Part shown: in pieces, positions 36,798 through 48,491 of the stretch | Layout of the letters: each line of letters begins with the position of its first letter | Position numbering within the stretch: the first letter of the stretch is position 1 | IMG/VR virus record: IMGVR_UViG_3300025115_000006 | Location: 3,920 to 67,919 of that record | Length of the DNA stretch: 64,000 nt | DNA from: a virus | Strand: one strand, 5' to 3' | The notes under the pieces: model-generated | Database searches by the model: none | Told to the model about the DNA's origin: nothing | The model's input: only the letters and a program-made list of their open reading frames with translations | Translations under genes and position numbers: made by a program

Positions 36798-36870
36798 TGT
36801 CTCATCTTGGAGTTGAACCAAGGTCTACACCTCTACAGAGGCTTCTCTATACCCATTAAGATAATGAGAC
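36798..36870 (-). pseudogene. degenerate tRNA (Tyr-GTA-like)
   Basis: GTCTCAT/ATGAGAC acceptor, T-loop TTCAACT, anticodon loop only 6 nt (CTGTAG), ends ACA not CCA. Confidence 0.55.
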
Positions 36871-36873
36871 ATA

Positions 36874-36961
36874 TGGCGGAAAGTGTAGGATTTGAACCTA
36901 CGCACCATTTAAGGCCTAGCACGTTAGCAGTGTGCCCTCTTAACCACTTGAGTAACTTTCC
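36874..36961 (-). tRNA. tRNA-Ser(GCT)
   Basis: cloverleaf, long variable arm, loop CT-GCT-AA, GCCA end. Confidence 0.92.
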
Positions 36962-37128
36962 GAATTGTTCAGTTTTATAGGTGTCCACCACCGACCATAA
37001 GGTCCTCATATAGAGGTCAAGTTTTACGATACCTGCCATCGCTCAAGAAATTTATTCTGAGATGATTGGATTTCAATGCTGAACGTCACTATGCAATTTA
37101 ATAGGCATTGCATCAACCTTAAATCATT

Positions 37129-37213
37129 TGGTGGCTCTAGAGAGACTTGAACTCTCAAGCATTTCTGCATCAGTTTCTAAGACTGACATGTTTACCAGTT
37201 TCATCACAGAGCC
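37129..37213 (-). tRNA. tRNA-Leu(TAG)
   Basis: TCAGT-CTTAGAA-ACTGA, variable arm, ACCA end. Confidence 0.92.
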
Positions 37214-37220
37214 ATTCGCG

Positions 37221-37277
37221 GGCTAACATGTGGAATCGAACCACTAGTGTGCACCTTCCGCCAGGAGATAGTTAGCC
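37221..37277 (-). ncRNA. tRNA-like RNA lacking an anticodon arm
   Basis: 7-bp GGCTAAC/GTTAGCC stem, T-arm GTGG-TTCGATT-CCAC, 57 nt. Confidence 0.5.
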
Positions 37278-37283
37278 ATATTA

Positions 37284-37360
37284 TGGTGGACCCTGCAGGA
37301 CTTGAACCTACAACTTACCGCTTATGAGGCGGTGACTCTAACCAATTAAGTTAAGGGTCC
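37284..37360 (-). tRNA. tRNA(CAT), probably Ile2 (lysidine type)
   Basis: ACCGC-CTCATAA-GCGGT; GGACCCT acceptor resembles Bacillota Ile2. Confidence 0.88.
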
Positions 37361-37375
37361 ATAATACTGTTATTT

Positions 37376-38020
37376 TTATTTGCTGTTCTTTATTCTATTG
37401 TAAGCATCTTCAATAGCCTTATCTAAGTTAATATTTAAATGAAGAGACATAATAACTAATGCAACATAAATATCACCAAGACGTTCTGGAATAATTTCTT
37501 TGTTATTTCTAGACACACAACTTGATAATTTTCCTACTTCTTCCATCAGTGTAACCATTTGTTTACTAGCATCAAATTTATTAAGACCTTGCTCAATTGC
37601 CCATTTCTCAATATTTTTTCTTATAGATGCAATAACTGGTTCATTGTTAACATATAATGTATTATCACTTATATCAACAGTGGTCCATGTTCCTGTTGAT
37701 GCTAGTGCTGAACCTGAGACAAATGCTGTGCCTGTAATGGAACCATTTACAGTTATGGTCTGAGTTTCACTTAAAACTTTATCAGTGTCAATTTTATTAG
37801 TTGGTTCTGAGACAACTTTAATTTTTGATTTACCATTTTGTGTAGACATAGAGTATCTAGTTCCACACTTACCACATGTATAATCAGTTGTGTGAATATT
37901 AGGGTCATTGTTTACATAATTACCCTTTTCATCATAATAAGCACTCCAGCCCATGCAGGTTGAAGTTGACATACCAATGTGTGCAGATAGACTTCCGCAT
38001 TTAGGACATTTTCTTTCCAT
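37376..38020 (-). CDS. Zn-ribbon + MazG-like domain protein
   Basis: CPKCG...CGKCG; C-terminal LMEEVGKL...LGDIYVAL (partly degenerate MazG motif). Confidence 0.65.
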   Translation of the reverse strand: MERKCPKCGSLSAHIGMSTSTCMGWSAYYDEKGNYVNNDPNIHTTDYTCGKCGTRYSMSTQNGKSKIKVVSEPTNKIDTDKVLSETQTITVNGSITGTAFVSGSALASTGTWTTVDISDNTLYVNNEPVIASIRKNIEKWAIEQGLNKFDASKQMVTLMEEVGKLSSCVSRNNKEIIPERLGDIYVALVIMSLHLNINLDKAIEDAYNRIKNSK

Positions 38021-38021
38021 A

Positions 38022-38249
38022 TTATTCCTCTTTCTTTGTTATTTGAATATCAGTGTATGTATCATCACTGCCATAATTTTCACGAGATTTACTTTTCATT
38101 AGTTCAAGCAATTCTTCAACAGTCATAGTTGAATCAACTTCAATACTATCGCTAAAATCAAAACGAGTTGGTGTGTCAATAATCTCTTCTTCCCAACCAT
38201 ATTCAACATCTGTATAGTTGTATGAAAATGACACAATAAATTTAGACAT
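38022..38249 (-). CDS. hypothetical protein
   Basis: 75 aa, AAGGAG RBS. Confidence 0.6.
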   Translation of the reverse strand: MSKFIVSFSYNYTDVEYGWEEEIIDTPTRFDFSDSIEVDSTMTVEELLELMKSKSRENYGSDDTYTDIQITKKEE

Positions 38250-38280
38250 ATCTTATCTCCTTAAGGAAGTTAATTTCAAT

Positions 38281-38647
38281 TGGTGGACCTGAGGGGAATT
38301 GAACCCCTGTCTTAACACACTTATTCTCAACATCTACATTTTGTCTCATCTAAGTTTTTATGCAATCACAATGAGAGATGATTACATAGATTTAGTTTCT
38401 GTGTTTTGCAGATGCTTTGAAACTAGAAAGTCAGCATCTGCTAGTCCAGTTCTGACGAAGAGTGCTGTTACTAGACATCACAGGTCTTCGGAGTTCATAG
38501 TTTTTCTAACTAATACTGTCCGCCGATTAGGCTAAGACAGTTTGAACTCTACTAAATAGAGATTTAGCGTTTATTGTTTTTGTGGTTTAAGGTGACCAAC
38601 CAATGCAGTTGAGAGTAACATATGCCAATCGAACCCAAAACAGGCCC
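38281..38647 (-). ncRNA. ssrA: tmRNA
   Basis: GGGCCTG/CAGGTCC acceptor with G3.U70, T-arm, CCA; resume after AATAAAC, tag AKSLFSRVQTVLA* (38568-38527). Confidence 0.93.
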
Positions 38648-38680
38648 ATATATTTAGAGCCTCACTGAGACTCTACTAAT

Positions 38681-38709
38681 ATTATACACTTTAATTAGTG
38701 ATTTGTCAA
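38681..38709 (-). promoter_or_regulatory. sigma-A promoter of tmRNA
   Basis: TTGACA-17-TATAAT, 34 nt upstream of tmRNA. Confidence 0.8.
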
Positions 38710-38712
38710 CAG

Positions 38713-39105
38713 TTATTTTGGAAATAACACAACATCAATTTCAACAATCTTATGCTCTTCAGAATAGTTAGCATCTTTGATTTGAAAGTTTTGGTCACTA
38801 TTCATTAATTCTTCAGGTGTGACCTCTTCATTTGTCTTAAGATTGATAATGAAATTATTTGTTCCAAAAACAAAGAATCTGAATTTATAGCCCTCAAATT
38901 GTTTTACAAGAGATTCAAGTAAATTTCTATTCTCTGTTACAATTTTCTCAATGTCAACTTCAACACTGTCTTCTTGTAGAAGTTCATCTACAGTTGCTTC
39001 AGCATCATCTTCTTCAATTTCAAGACCTTCAAGTCTCATCTGTTCTCTGTCATTTGATTCATCTTCACGCATTTCTTCAAGTCTTTTTAATTCTCTGTCT
39101 GTCAT
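38713..39105 (-). CDS. acidic hypothetical protein
   Basis: likely start MTDREL at 39105 with GGAGG RBS. Confidence 0.65.
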   Translation of the reverse strand: MTDRELKRLEEMREDESNDREQMRLEGLEIEEDDAEATVDELLQEDSVEVDIEKIVTENRNLLESLVKQFEGYKFRFFVFGTNNFIINLKTNEEVTPEELMNSDQNFQIKDANYSEEHKIVEIDVVLFPK

Positions 39106-39194
39106 AATATTCCTCCAATATAATTTTTTACATGCACTTATACTATACAATTATTTTTTCACTGTAACAATAAAAATATAATTTAATTTTTATT

Positions 39195-39707
39195 CTAGGA
39201 CTGTCTGTCAAGCCATTTGTAAATAATAAATTTCAAATCAGTCGGATGTTTAATAAGTTCTACTCTTTCATGAGGTCTATTTGAAGGACGAAAAGGCTTA
39301 TGAGTTTCTTTCAACTCTTCAATAACGTCGTCATATTTTAATATGTGAGCCATCAATGCACGAACATTTTTGTCATAGTCAGATTTACCAATACTATCTT
39401 GAACTCTCTGAGCCAACATATATGTCCAATTATGTATAGACTCAACTTCAGGTATAACAAAGATAAAATCAATTCCCAGACTGTTTAAAGTCTCTCTGAC
39501 TACTAAATGACTTGAGATGAATAAAACATCAACGTCAGTCATTTTAATCATCTCAGCAACATAGTCTTTATACCAATCAGGATTAGACTTGTCAAAATTA
39601 GAACTTTCAAAGTCAATTGATACAATCTCTTCTCCATATCTCTCTACATGAGAAGTCTTTGCAAATGTAGACTTTCCAACACCTTGATATCCGCTTACTA
39701 TAATCAT
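39195..39707 (-). CDS. P-loop kinase-like protein
   Basis: IIVSGYQGVGKST, IDFESS. Confidence 0.65.
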   Translation of the reverse strand: MIIVSGYQGVGKSTFAKTSHVERYGEEIVSIDFESSNFDKSNPDWYKDYVAEMIKMTDVDVLFISSHLVVRETLNSLGIDFIFVIPEVESIHNWTYMLAQRVQDSIGKSDYDKNVRALMAHILKYDDVIEELKETHKPFRPSNRPHERVELIKHPTDLKFIIYKWLDRQS

Positions 39708-39992
39708 TACACATACCTTTCTCTTTCTTTAATTTTAAATTGCAATATAAACATCAATAATAATCAAATTGCTGAATAATGAGTAATATTTTACACATTA
39801 ATAGTAAAAATTATTGTTAATGAGCAATATAATGCTCATTATTGATTTATAGGTCCCATTCATCAAGGGCAAACACGCAGGCTTCATCTTCAGTCATTCC
39901 CATGGAAATACCTTGATTATATGAGAATAAAACTTCCCACTCAAGACCATACTCACTAGCAAGTTCTAACATTTGTTCATATAATGATTTCA

Positions 39993-42900
39993 TTAGTTAA
40001 TTCTCACTTTCATATTAATTACTACAACTGTATCTCTATTTTCATCTAGGCCTTCATATAAAACTTTTGACTTCATCATCTTTCTCTCAGATTTGAAATC
40101 ATTAGTAACATATAGTCCAGCAATCCAAGAACTGAATGGAAGATTGTTTTTACCAAATATCCAAACTCTTGTATTTGGGTCCAGCATAAGTAAATACTCT
40201 TTAAGAGTCACTTTAAATCATCTCCTTATATTTCACTCAATAACCTCTACCAAGCCTGCCTCAATGAGGTCTTGAATGTATAATTCAATGTTTGCATGGT
40301 CATCATCATTCCACTGAAAATGTCTTGTATCATCTTGATATGATTTTGATTTATAGTTACCATAAGATAATACAATATAAACCTCAGTGTCAAGACTTTC
40401 AACTCGTCTTGTTCCATGAATCAAAGGTGTTGAATGAGAATTTTCTATTGTTTCCATTTCAAAGTTATGTTCAATCAACTGTTCTTCAGTTTCAGTATAT
40501 TTGTATATCATTATTATTTTTTACCTCTTTCTATTTCTTCATAGAATCTAATAATCATTTGAATAACATTTAATGGAAGATACATATTAAATGACCATTT
40601 ACCATCACCATAGGTTTCTGTGATAAACTGTTCATAGACATACTCTTCATTCATCTCAGTCTCTTTTTCAATATAATAAAACTCATGTGTCACAGTGCTG
40701 TATAGAACTTCAGTTTGTGCTATCTCTGAAAGTAGTTTTAATATCTCATCAACAGTTGATATTCTTTTAAGTTCCTCAAGTTCAACAAATGCCAATTTAA
40801 CAATGTTCTTTTCCTCTGTCATACCATCTCCAAGATAGTTTGTAAGTTCAGTTTCAATTTTTTCAAATGCTTCTTTAGGTTTCATCATTGTCTTCTACCC
40901 TCCATAATTATCACATCTAAAACCTCTAACATACTATAATTCATTGGCAGATACTCTCCATTGATATCATAATACTTGTCATCAATCATAATAATCGCAT
41001 GATGATTATATCTGTCCCAATAAATAGTTTCATGTTTAAATTCTTGTTTCATCATTAATGCAAAGCCATAACAATATCTTTTAGTGAATAAGCGTTTAAT
41101 ATCACCAACAGTGTCAAAGTCTAAAACACTTTGTATAAATTCTTTAGGTGTCATTATTAGTTGTCCACTCTAGAATTTCTTTAATATCTTTACTGATTCT
41201 TCAAGTGAGGTCACTTTAAGTCCCCCTTAAAGTCTTTGATTTGATGAAATAAGTCAATCAATTTATCATCTACAATTGATATCTCAGCATCTGGATTATT
41301 AGAACTTAAGACTTCACACTCTGTTGACATACCCCAACTGTCATCATAACTTTCTATCTCACTATTTAAAGATAGTTGTTTGAAGAATGATTTATGCAAC
41401 TCAGATAATTTATCTTTGCTCTCTTCTTGTTGTTTATTTGCATTCATCTCTTCTAGTCGTGATTCATATCCACTTGCTGTGCAAAGTGCAATCACAATTA
41501 AACCAAACATAAAACCTAAAATAAAACCAATTACAAGAACAGCCCACATACTAGTAATCATTCTTTAATCTCCCAACCTGTGAGTTCTCCATCCCAACCA
41601 CCCGTTTCTTCACCTAAATGACACCACAGATTAAAGATATCTGTGTCTGTGATAGGTCTTACCTCAACCAATTCATCATCATCATTGTAATAAGCAACGT
41701 CTTCAAATCCTGCTTCAGCAAAATCTTCATGTGTATAATTACTAATACTAAATCTACAAATTAAGTTCATTTCAGTTTCTCCTTACGCACCATGCGTTTA
41801 ATTTTCATAAAAAATATAATAGTAACATTTGTCTCAAAACCATTATCCTCGGCAATATTTTTAGAAAGTAAATCTATCTCATCAGAATTGTCAAGTTTAC
41901 AATCTAACAATACAGAGCAATGCCCATATACAGTTTTGTTATTACTGACAAAAATATAAGATACAAAGTAAATATGTTTTTTAGGTTTCATTCTATAAAT
42001 CACAAAAAAACCGATTATTGATATGATAAAGTAAAAAATTAAAAACAAAGCAAACTTGTCGATAAGTGTCATTGCTGTTCCTCCAATAGTTGCCAATACC
42101 CCATAGTTTGGTTATAAACAACAAGTTTCCAAACTCCATCAACAAATACAAATGTGTCATAATCATAGTTATTTCTACGAGTATTGTAATTTCTGTATGC
42201 TGTTGTTGTAATAATATCTTTTCCATTGGTGGACAGCAATTCTATTGTTTTTTCGTTCATTTCAGTTTCTCCTTACTTTACAAGTTTCCATATATTGCCT
42301 TGATTGATTAAGTCTATGATTTCACTAATCATTCTTATCTCATCAAAACTGAAACTCCACTGTATTCCTCTTGTGTTGCCATTTTTAAACTTACGATAAA
42401 CAAACACTGCTGTGTCCAAGGGTGAGACATTAATCAAATATGTCATTCTTGAATCAGTTTTATGTTCAATGCAAATGCCTTCTGATTCATCAATGTCAGT
42501 TACTGTCCATATTAGACCATCAGCCAAAAAGGTTTCACCAAGTTTAATTTCTTTTTGTGTCATCTGTGTGACCTCACTTCTTTAAACTGTCTGAAGAATT
42601 TGTTGATGATGTGGTATAGGTAGGAGCACCTTCAACAACCTTATCATTCCATGTATCAATTAAGATATATGTTCCATCAGGTGTTTGTATCCACTGAAAT
42701 CTGTCAATCATTTTTTGTTCCTCCACTTTATCTTTTTCTTTGTTTTTCAAAAACTTTGAAACTTTCTTTACTTTGTCATTCCAGTTTTTAATTGCTTGGT
42801 CATAACTTGTCTTCTCTTCTACTCTTGAAACATCATCAGCACCTGATTCTAATAGTTTACAAGTAGGACAAGTAAAATCATGTCTATAGCAATCATGATA

Positions 42901-45254
42901 ACCATGTGAGCCGTGCCACATAGGTGATTTTTCATAATGAGGCTCTGAGCCACAGATAGGACACTTTAAAGTTTTCATTTGACTTCCTTTCCATGATGAA
43001 AGACTTTAACAATATTAAATAAGTCATATGATTTTTTCTGCAAGTCTATTGCCTCATCAAGTGTTTCAAACTCATTTAGTTGCATAGGATACACATCATC
43101 ATAATAACCAATAACTTTATATGTTGAATCAACAACTTCACTATCAAGTTCTTCATTCAGTTCTTCTTGCTTATCTAGACTGAAACTCTCTATAAAATTA
43201 TATTCATCTTTAGTTAAAGGTTCATTCATAATCTTTTCTTCTGCTTTGATTGGATTGTATGGTTTCATTTTACTTCCTCTACTAAAGACACTTCTTGAAT
43301 ATTGAAACCATATTCAATATCATCATTTTCATAATGGTCCTCACCAGCATACATCTCAGAATTATTTTTCTTAAACTTAACACCACGTGACTCATTCATA
43401 TAATTGATGAGTGCTTTTTTTGTTTTGAAGATTTTATAATTAGAAAATGTCCAATTAGTGTAGTATGAGCCACATTCTGCAATATAGAATTTATTTTTCA
43501 TTTCATTTCCTCCAAATACTCTAAATATTCAGGTATAATAGCAATTGCTTCTTTACCCACCTCATAGACTGTAACTGTTTTGTCATGAAGATAAATGATA
43601 ATTCTTTGCTCATCTTTACTGAACTTATGAGAGAAGTCCATGTTGGCCCAGTCTACATCTACAGTCAGTTCAAATCCTAGTTCAATCAATCTATCATGAG
43701 GTGATGTATATGGCTTAAGATGCTCGTATTTAAAAGGTAATTCTTGAGCGTATTGTTTAAATACTATCCATGTATATATATTATCTAGAGCATTAATTAC
43801 TCCAACTCCTAGTGGTGTGATTACTGTCACAATTACTCCAAGAATCAAACTCTCTGAGAGCCTTAGACAACATTTCAACTCTATCATGACCTTCAATATC
43901 ATGAGCATGAACATTATCTTTTGTGACATAATATTCTAACATGTAGCGAAGAAATGTCACAAACAAATACAGGCCATCATAATCAAAAGGAGTAGATTGC
44001 TTTACTTGATTCATGAGCATCTTTCGATACTTCTTAACAATTCTATTATACAACTTATTCTTTCTCAAGTCAAGGACCTCTTTCCTGAATAAGTAAATTG
44101 GCGATACTATCAGTGTAACATCATTCAATTTACTTTAGCAACTCAATTTACTTGGTTTTTACTTATTTCTGAAAATCTTTCATTTTGTTACAACACATGT
44201 TTGAACTCAATAATGAATAAAGTGATGAATGATATGCCACCTACTACTGCAGGTATAATCATTGTTTTATGAGGAAAGAATATAAACTCTGTAATGAATC
44301 CTAATGTATTATACATGACCACATAATTTATAATTGCTATAGATACAGATGATGCTATGATTAATTCATTGTTTCATCATATAAATGATTCTGCTTATCT
44401 TATCTACTGCAATGTCATAAGGTGTTCTTTTAACTCTTAGATAATGCCAGCCTGCATATTTCATTAAGAACTTGAATTGTTTTCTACTGAGTCTTCTCTT
44501 AGGAAGTAAATCAAAGTTCAAAGTCTCTTGCCAGAACTTCTCAGCATCTGCACAATCTTCACATAGAGGACTATTTGGCTCATGACTCATATTGTCTTGA
44601 TATATTTCATTGATGTCTCTATGACAAACACTACATTGTATTTTCATATGACTAACTCTCTTTTGGTAATCCAGGTGTTCTATTATGACTTGTAATGTCG
44701 TCAACATTTGTAGATGAGTCAATACTTGTGATTGAATAAATATCACCTATCTTAGGTTGTATTGTTAGTGATTCACCACAATTGAAAACAACAAGACAGT
44801 AATTTTCATGTAAGTTATATTGAAGAATATGAATAGACCAATCAGGATGATTTTTAAGGTCCTGATTTATCTGCTCATCAATGCCCATGTCTTTAGTTTT
44901 TTGTCTGAAGTCACCAATCTTTTTCTGATAGGTTTTTACATATTGTTTCATAGTCTAGCCTCTTATAACTACTTTTTTACCAAAAATGGACTGTAATTTC
45001 TCACCATGTTGCCAATAGTGCCTAAGATAACCTTTTGACAGTTCATACATTGCACCTGAGATACCTTCAACATCTGCAATATCTGAAAGATTTTCAACTG
45101 ATTTCTTTGTTAGTTTGCCACCATCTTCAAGTTCTGCTTCCATTAGATTAGCCCATCTAATCATGAAACTTAAAGCACCACTAGAGTAAGGGTCTTTGCT
45201 GTTTGATTCAATAAATTTTTCCCAATCTTTTTCAAGTCCAGTTTTTACTATCAT
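39993..45254 (-). other. cluster of about 17 small, tightly packed hypothetical early ORFs
   Basis: ORFs 39993-40211, 40233-40511, 40514-40888, 40885-41154, 41211-41561, 41558-41770, 41767-42096, 42069-42260, 42273-42563, 42574-42978, 42975-43268, 43265-43501, 43498-43929, 43793-44128, 44366-44746, 44652-44951, 44955-45254; many ATGA overlaps and AGGAG RBSs. Confidence 0.65.
42574..42978 (-). CDS. Lar-like (restriction alleviation) Zn-finger protein
   Basis: LKCPICG...CPTC...AIKNWN pattern. Confidence 0.55.
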   Translation of the reverse strand: MKTLKCPICGSEPHYEKSPMWHGSHGYHDCYRHDFTCPTCKLLESGADDVSRVEEKTSYDQAIKNWNDKVKKVSKFLKNKEKDKVEEQKMIDRFQWIQTPDGTYILIDTWNDKVVEGAPTYTTSSTNSSDSLKK

Positions 45255-45266
45255 AATTTATTCTCC

Positions 45267-45854
45267 TTAAACTTCTGTTCCAAAATGCTGAGCAAGTTGT
45301 TGCAACACACGCTTCAATGAGTATTCCGCATTTGGTGTCAATTGACGAGTCCAGGCTTGAATGCTAGGTGCCCACTTAAAACCATTTGTCTTGAGAATAT
45401 CTCTAACCTGTTCATCAGGAATGCTGTCAAAGAAAAGATTCATACGAGTATCTTCTACATCACGCACAACATTGAATCCAAACTCTTCATGATTCTCTTC
45501 AGTCTTTTCAACTGCTGATTCAATCTCTTGAAGATGTGCTTCCAAGTCTTTCAAATCATTGCGAACATATGTATTAACAGCAACAGAATATGTTTGTGCA
45601 AAGATTGCAGAAGTGTCTCTGAGATAGGCACGCTTCATTTCTTCTGGCATCCATGTCTCGTTGGCAAGAAACTCTTTTAGTGCCTCAATCATTCCAGGTC
45701 TTGGTGCATCATGCCAGCCATTGAAGTTAGTAACATTATTTTTCTTCATGTATTCTCTTGCAAACTTGTTAACACGATTATTTAATTCAATTCTATTTTG
45801 AGTAAGTTCAATAAGTTTTACAGTTTCTTCCTTGCTAAGTTGTTTTGTTTTCAT
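45267..45854 (-). CDS. hypothetical protein with conserved C-terminal phage/plasmid domain
   Basis: RMNLFFD.IPD..VR.ILK.NGFKWAPS..AW.RQLT.NA; start MKTKQL with GGAGG RBS. Confidence 0.65.
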   Translation of the reverse strand: MKTKQLSKEETVKLIELTQNRIELNNRVNKFAREYMKKNNVTNFNGWHDAPRPGMIEALKEFLANETWMPEEMKRAYLRDTSAIFAQTYSVAVNTYVRNDLKDLEAHLQEIESAVEKTEENHEEFGFNVVRDVEDTRMNLFFDSIPDEQVRDILKTNGFKWAPSIQAWTRQLTPNAEYSLKRVLQQLAQHFGTEV

Positions 45855-45879
45855 GTAATATCCTCCTTGATACAATACT

Positions 45880-45908
45880 ATTATATCACTATTTCATTTG
45901 ATTGTCAA
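45880..45908 (-). promoter_or_regulatory. sigma-A promoter
   Basis: TTGACA-17-TATAAT with extended TG. Confidence 0.8.
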
Positions 45909-45913
45909 TGCAA

Positions 45914-45976
45914 ATTATACCCTTTCGGGACTAATTCATTAATTTATCTTGACATTAATACCCGAAAGGGTATAAT
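45914..45976. repeat. perfect 16-bp inverted repeat containing TATAAT in each arm
   Basis: ATTATACCCTTTCGGG (45914-45929) / CCCGAAAGGGTATAAT (45961-45976). Confidence 0.85.
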
Positions 45977-46015
45977 AACAGGTCCTAATTGACATAAAGT
46001 TTTTTCATGAATAAA

Positions 46016-48399
46016 TTATTTCTCCTCATCATTGATTAGTTTATTGACATCAACATAGATTGTCTCAGTCTTTTCTGTTTGCTTGTTCTTGTAATACTGT
46101 CTCAGTGATTCTTCAAATTCTGTAGAATCGCCAAGTAAGTTTCTCAAATCATTCTTTGTTGCAAGAACACTTTGTCTCATGCCAGCATAAAATTCTCTAT
46201 CTTTTTCAGACAGATTGGTGTCATAATAGTTTTTTGAGTATTCATCATAAACATTTGAAAGTTGTTCATTGACATACTTCTTAATCTCATTCAATTGCAT
46301 TAATGCTTCTTCAATAATATCAAATTCAATTTTAAAAACACTTGCAAAATGTCTATCATACTGCTCAATGTTAGGAACAGAAATTGTAGGCATCATGCCT
46401 AATTCATCACAGGACACTGAGATGTTACAAAGTGCTTCATGTGGGGTCATTTTTATGTGTTTACTCATGTTTATCTACTCCTTGTTCTCAATGAGATATT
46501 TAATGGCACGATTAACTTCTTTTATAAACAAATCAATAATTGGCTTGTCATAAGGAGTCACAACAAATGAACGACTCTTTGTTCTAATGTCTCCAAGTTT
46601 ACTGTCAATAGTGATATATACTTCCTCACTGAATGAATACTCATGAACAGAAATTTCAAATTCTTGACCTTCTAGTTCAATGACAATATTATATCTTGAA
46701 GAGTCAATTTCTTTTGCAATATGTCTCCAGTCATCACGAACTGCTTCAAATACTTTATCAATCATTTTCTTGCCTCCTGATATTCTTTTCTTTATTGCCA
46801 ACCTACAAAATCTCTTCCATGTTGTGTAAAGTCATAACTCACTAGATTAGAACTCACATGTGAGATGCTATACAATTCAACTTTTTCTAGATGCTTCTTC
46901 ATTGCTGTTATTAAACTTTGAAGAGTATTCTTTTCAATAACCTTGGAGTGCTGAACTCCTTTATGGTCAAAATACTGATACTGAACATTGAACATTGAAG
47001 TTTCCTCTTTTCTTATTTTGATTCTTCTAAAAAGATTGTGATTTCTTTATATTCAACAAGAATACTGTGAACCTCACGATTCCCTAGGGAGTCTTGTATT
47101 TTACAAAATTCATCTGCAGAGAGCCATGAGCCAAAATAAACAGTATATTCACCACTTGAACTTACTTGTTTTACATTGAGAAGAACCTCTGATTGTGAAC
47201 TCACAAAAAAATTTTTAAATAACATTGTGCTATCCTTCGCTTTATTTTATTTATCTATCTACTTCTATTATACACTTTTATTCATTAAAAGTCAATGATT
47301 ATCTACAAGAATCTAAAAAATTAAGGGCGTCATCAATGTTTGAAAAATATGTTCCCTGCCACCATGACTCAACAGATTGACCAATCTCAGTGTCACTAAT
47401 GAGAGTTGCAACAACAAAGGGCATTCCATTTCCAACAAACAGAAACAGTCCTTTTTCACATTTTTTCTTAAGAAGAATTTTCATATTTATTTACTCCAAA
47501 ATCTTTTTGCCCACTCTTCACGAGTCTCAAACTGTTCACAGACATCATGAACATCATGTCTGTTGTAATGAACATGACATTTACCATTGTCAATTTGACT
47601 GGCAGTAGTAAAATGGGCACACTTTAAACAAGACTTATTCAACTCATTAGCAAACTTGATTACTGCTTCTTTTTGCTCATCAGTTCTTCCTGAATCACTG
47701 TTATTATAAATAGGATACTCTTTAATTTTCATTTTAATTCTCCACTAGAAACACATGAACTGTGTCATCAATTAAAACTGTCTTCTCTACTGTCCATGTT
47801 TGAACACACAACATAATATGTTCATCTACTTCTTGATTTTCATCATATACAGTATCATTTAAATGCCAGGCAACATGTGTGGTTTCAGCAATAGTTGCTC
47901 TTGCATACTCTTGACCTGTTAAACCAGTGTATTGATAGTTATCCATATTTTATCTCTCCTTTTATTACCAGGTTCTTGAAATGCCACCATTACGAGGTGC
48001 AACTCCAATACTACCTAGTTCACCTTCATTATATTCAACATTAACAATATATGCAATAGTCTCACCTGTCATTAAATCATGTAAATCTGACGCCCAGTCA
48101 CTTTGATGACGACTGACATATAGAATAGCAAGTAAGTCACCAAACTCTGTATGACTCAATTGTGCATGATATACAAGAGCACCAAACTCCTTTTCAAAGT
48201 CACTGACAATCTTAACAAAGTTATCTTCATTACTAATCCAATAAAGAATTCCATCAAAAAAACGATTTTGACGCTCGCTGTAATAAACAACATCTTCTTT
48301 TTCAAAGTCTTTAATCACATTACTAGAAAGTTTAAGTGTCTTCATGCGTCTTACTGCTTCTTGTTTTTGCATTTCTTTTAAGTTGTTCATATCAATCAC
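46016..48399 (-). other. cluster of small hypothetical early ORFs
   Basis: 46016-46468, 46475-46801, 46792-46995, 47013-47225, 47299-47484, 47487-47732, 47734-47946, 47965-48399; promoters at 47267-47295 (TTGACT-17-TATAAT) and 48410-48438 (TTGACA-17-TATAAT). Confidence 0.65.
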
Positions 48400-48448
48400 C
48401 TCTACATCTATTATACATCTTTATTGATTAGTTGTCAACATAAAATAT

Positions 48449-48474
48449 AAAAAAGCACCCATTAAAGTGCTTTT
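48449..48474 (-). terminator. intrinsic terminator after bS21
   Basis: AAAAGCAC/GTGCTTTT stem plus T-tract. Confidence 0.65.
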
Positions 48475-48491
48475 AAATTTAAAATCAATTA

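Noticed and set aside
36833-37039. 68-aa minus-strand ORF
   Set aside because: Overlaps tRNA-Ser and the structured RNA candidate
43498-44128. Possible frameshift between ORFs 43793-44128 and 43498-43929 (an RBS-ATG at 43793 is followed at once by TAG)
   Set aside because: Cannot distinguish a misplaced start, decay or assembly error without homologs; no slippery site seen
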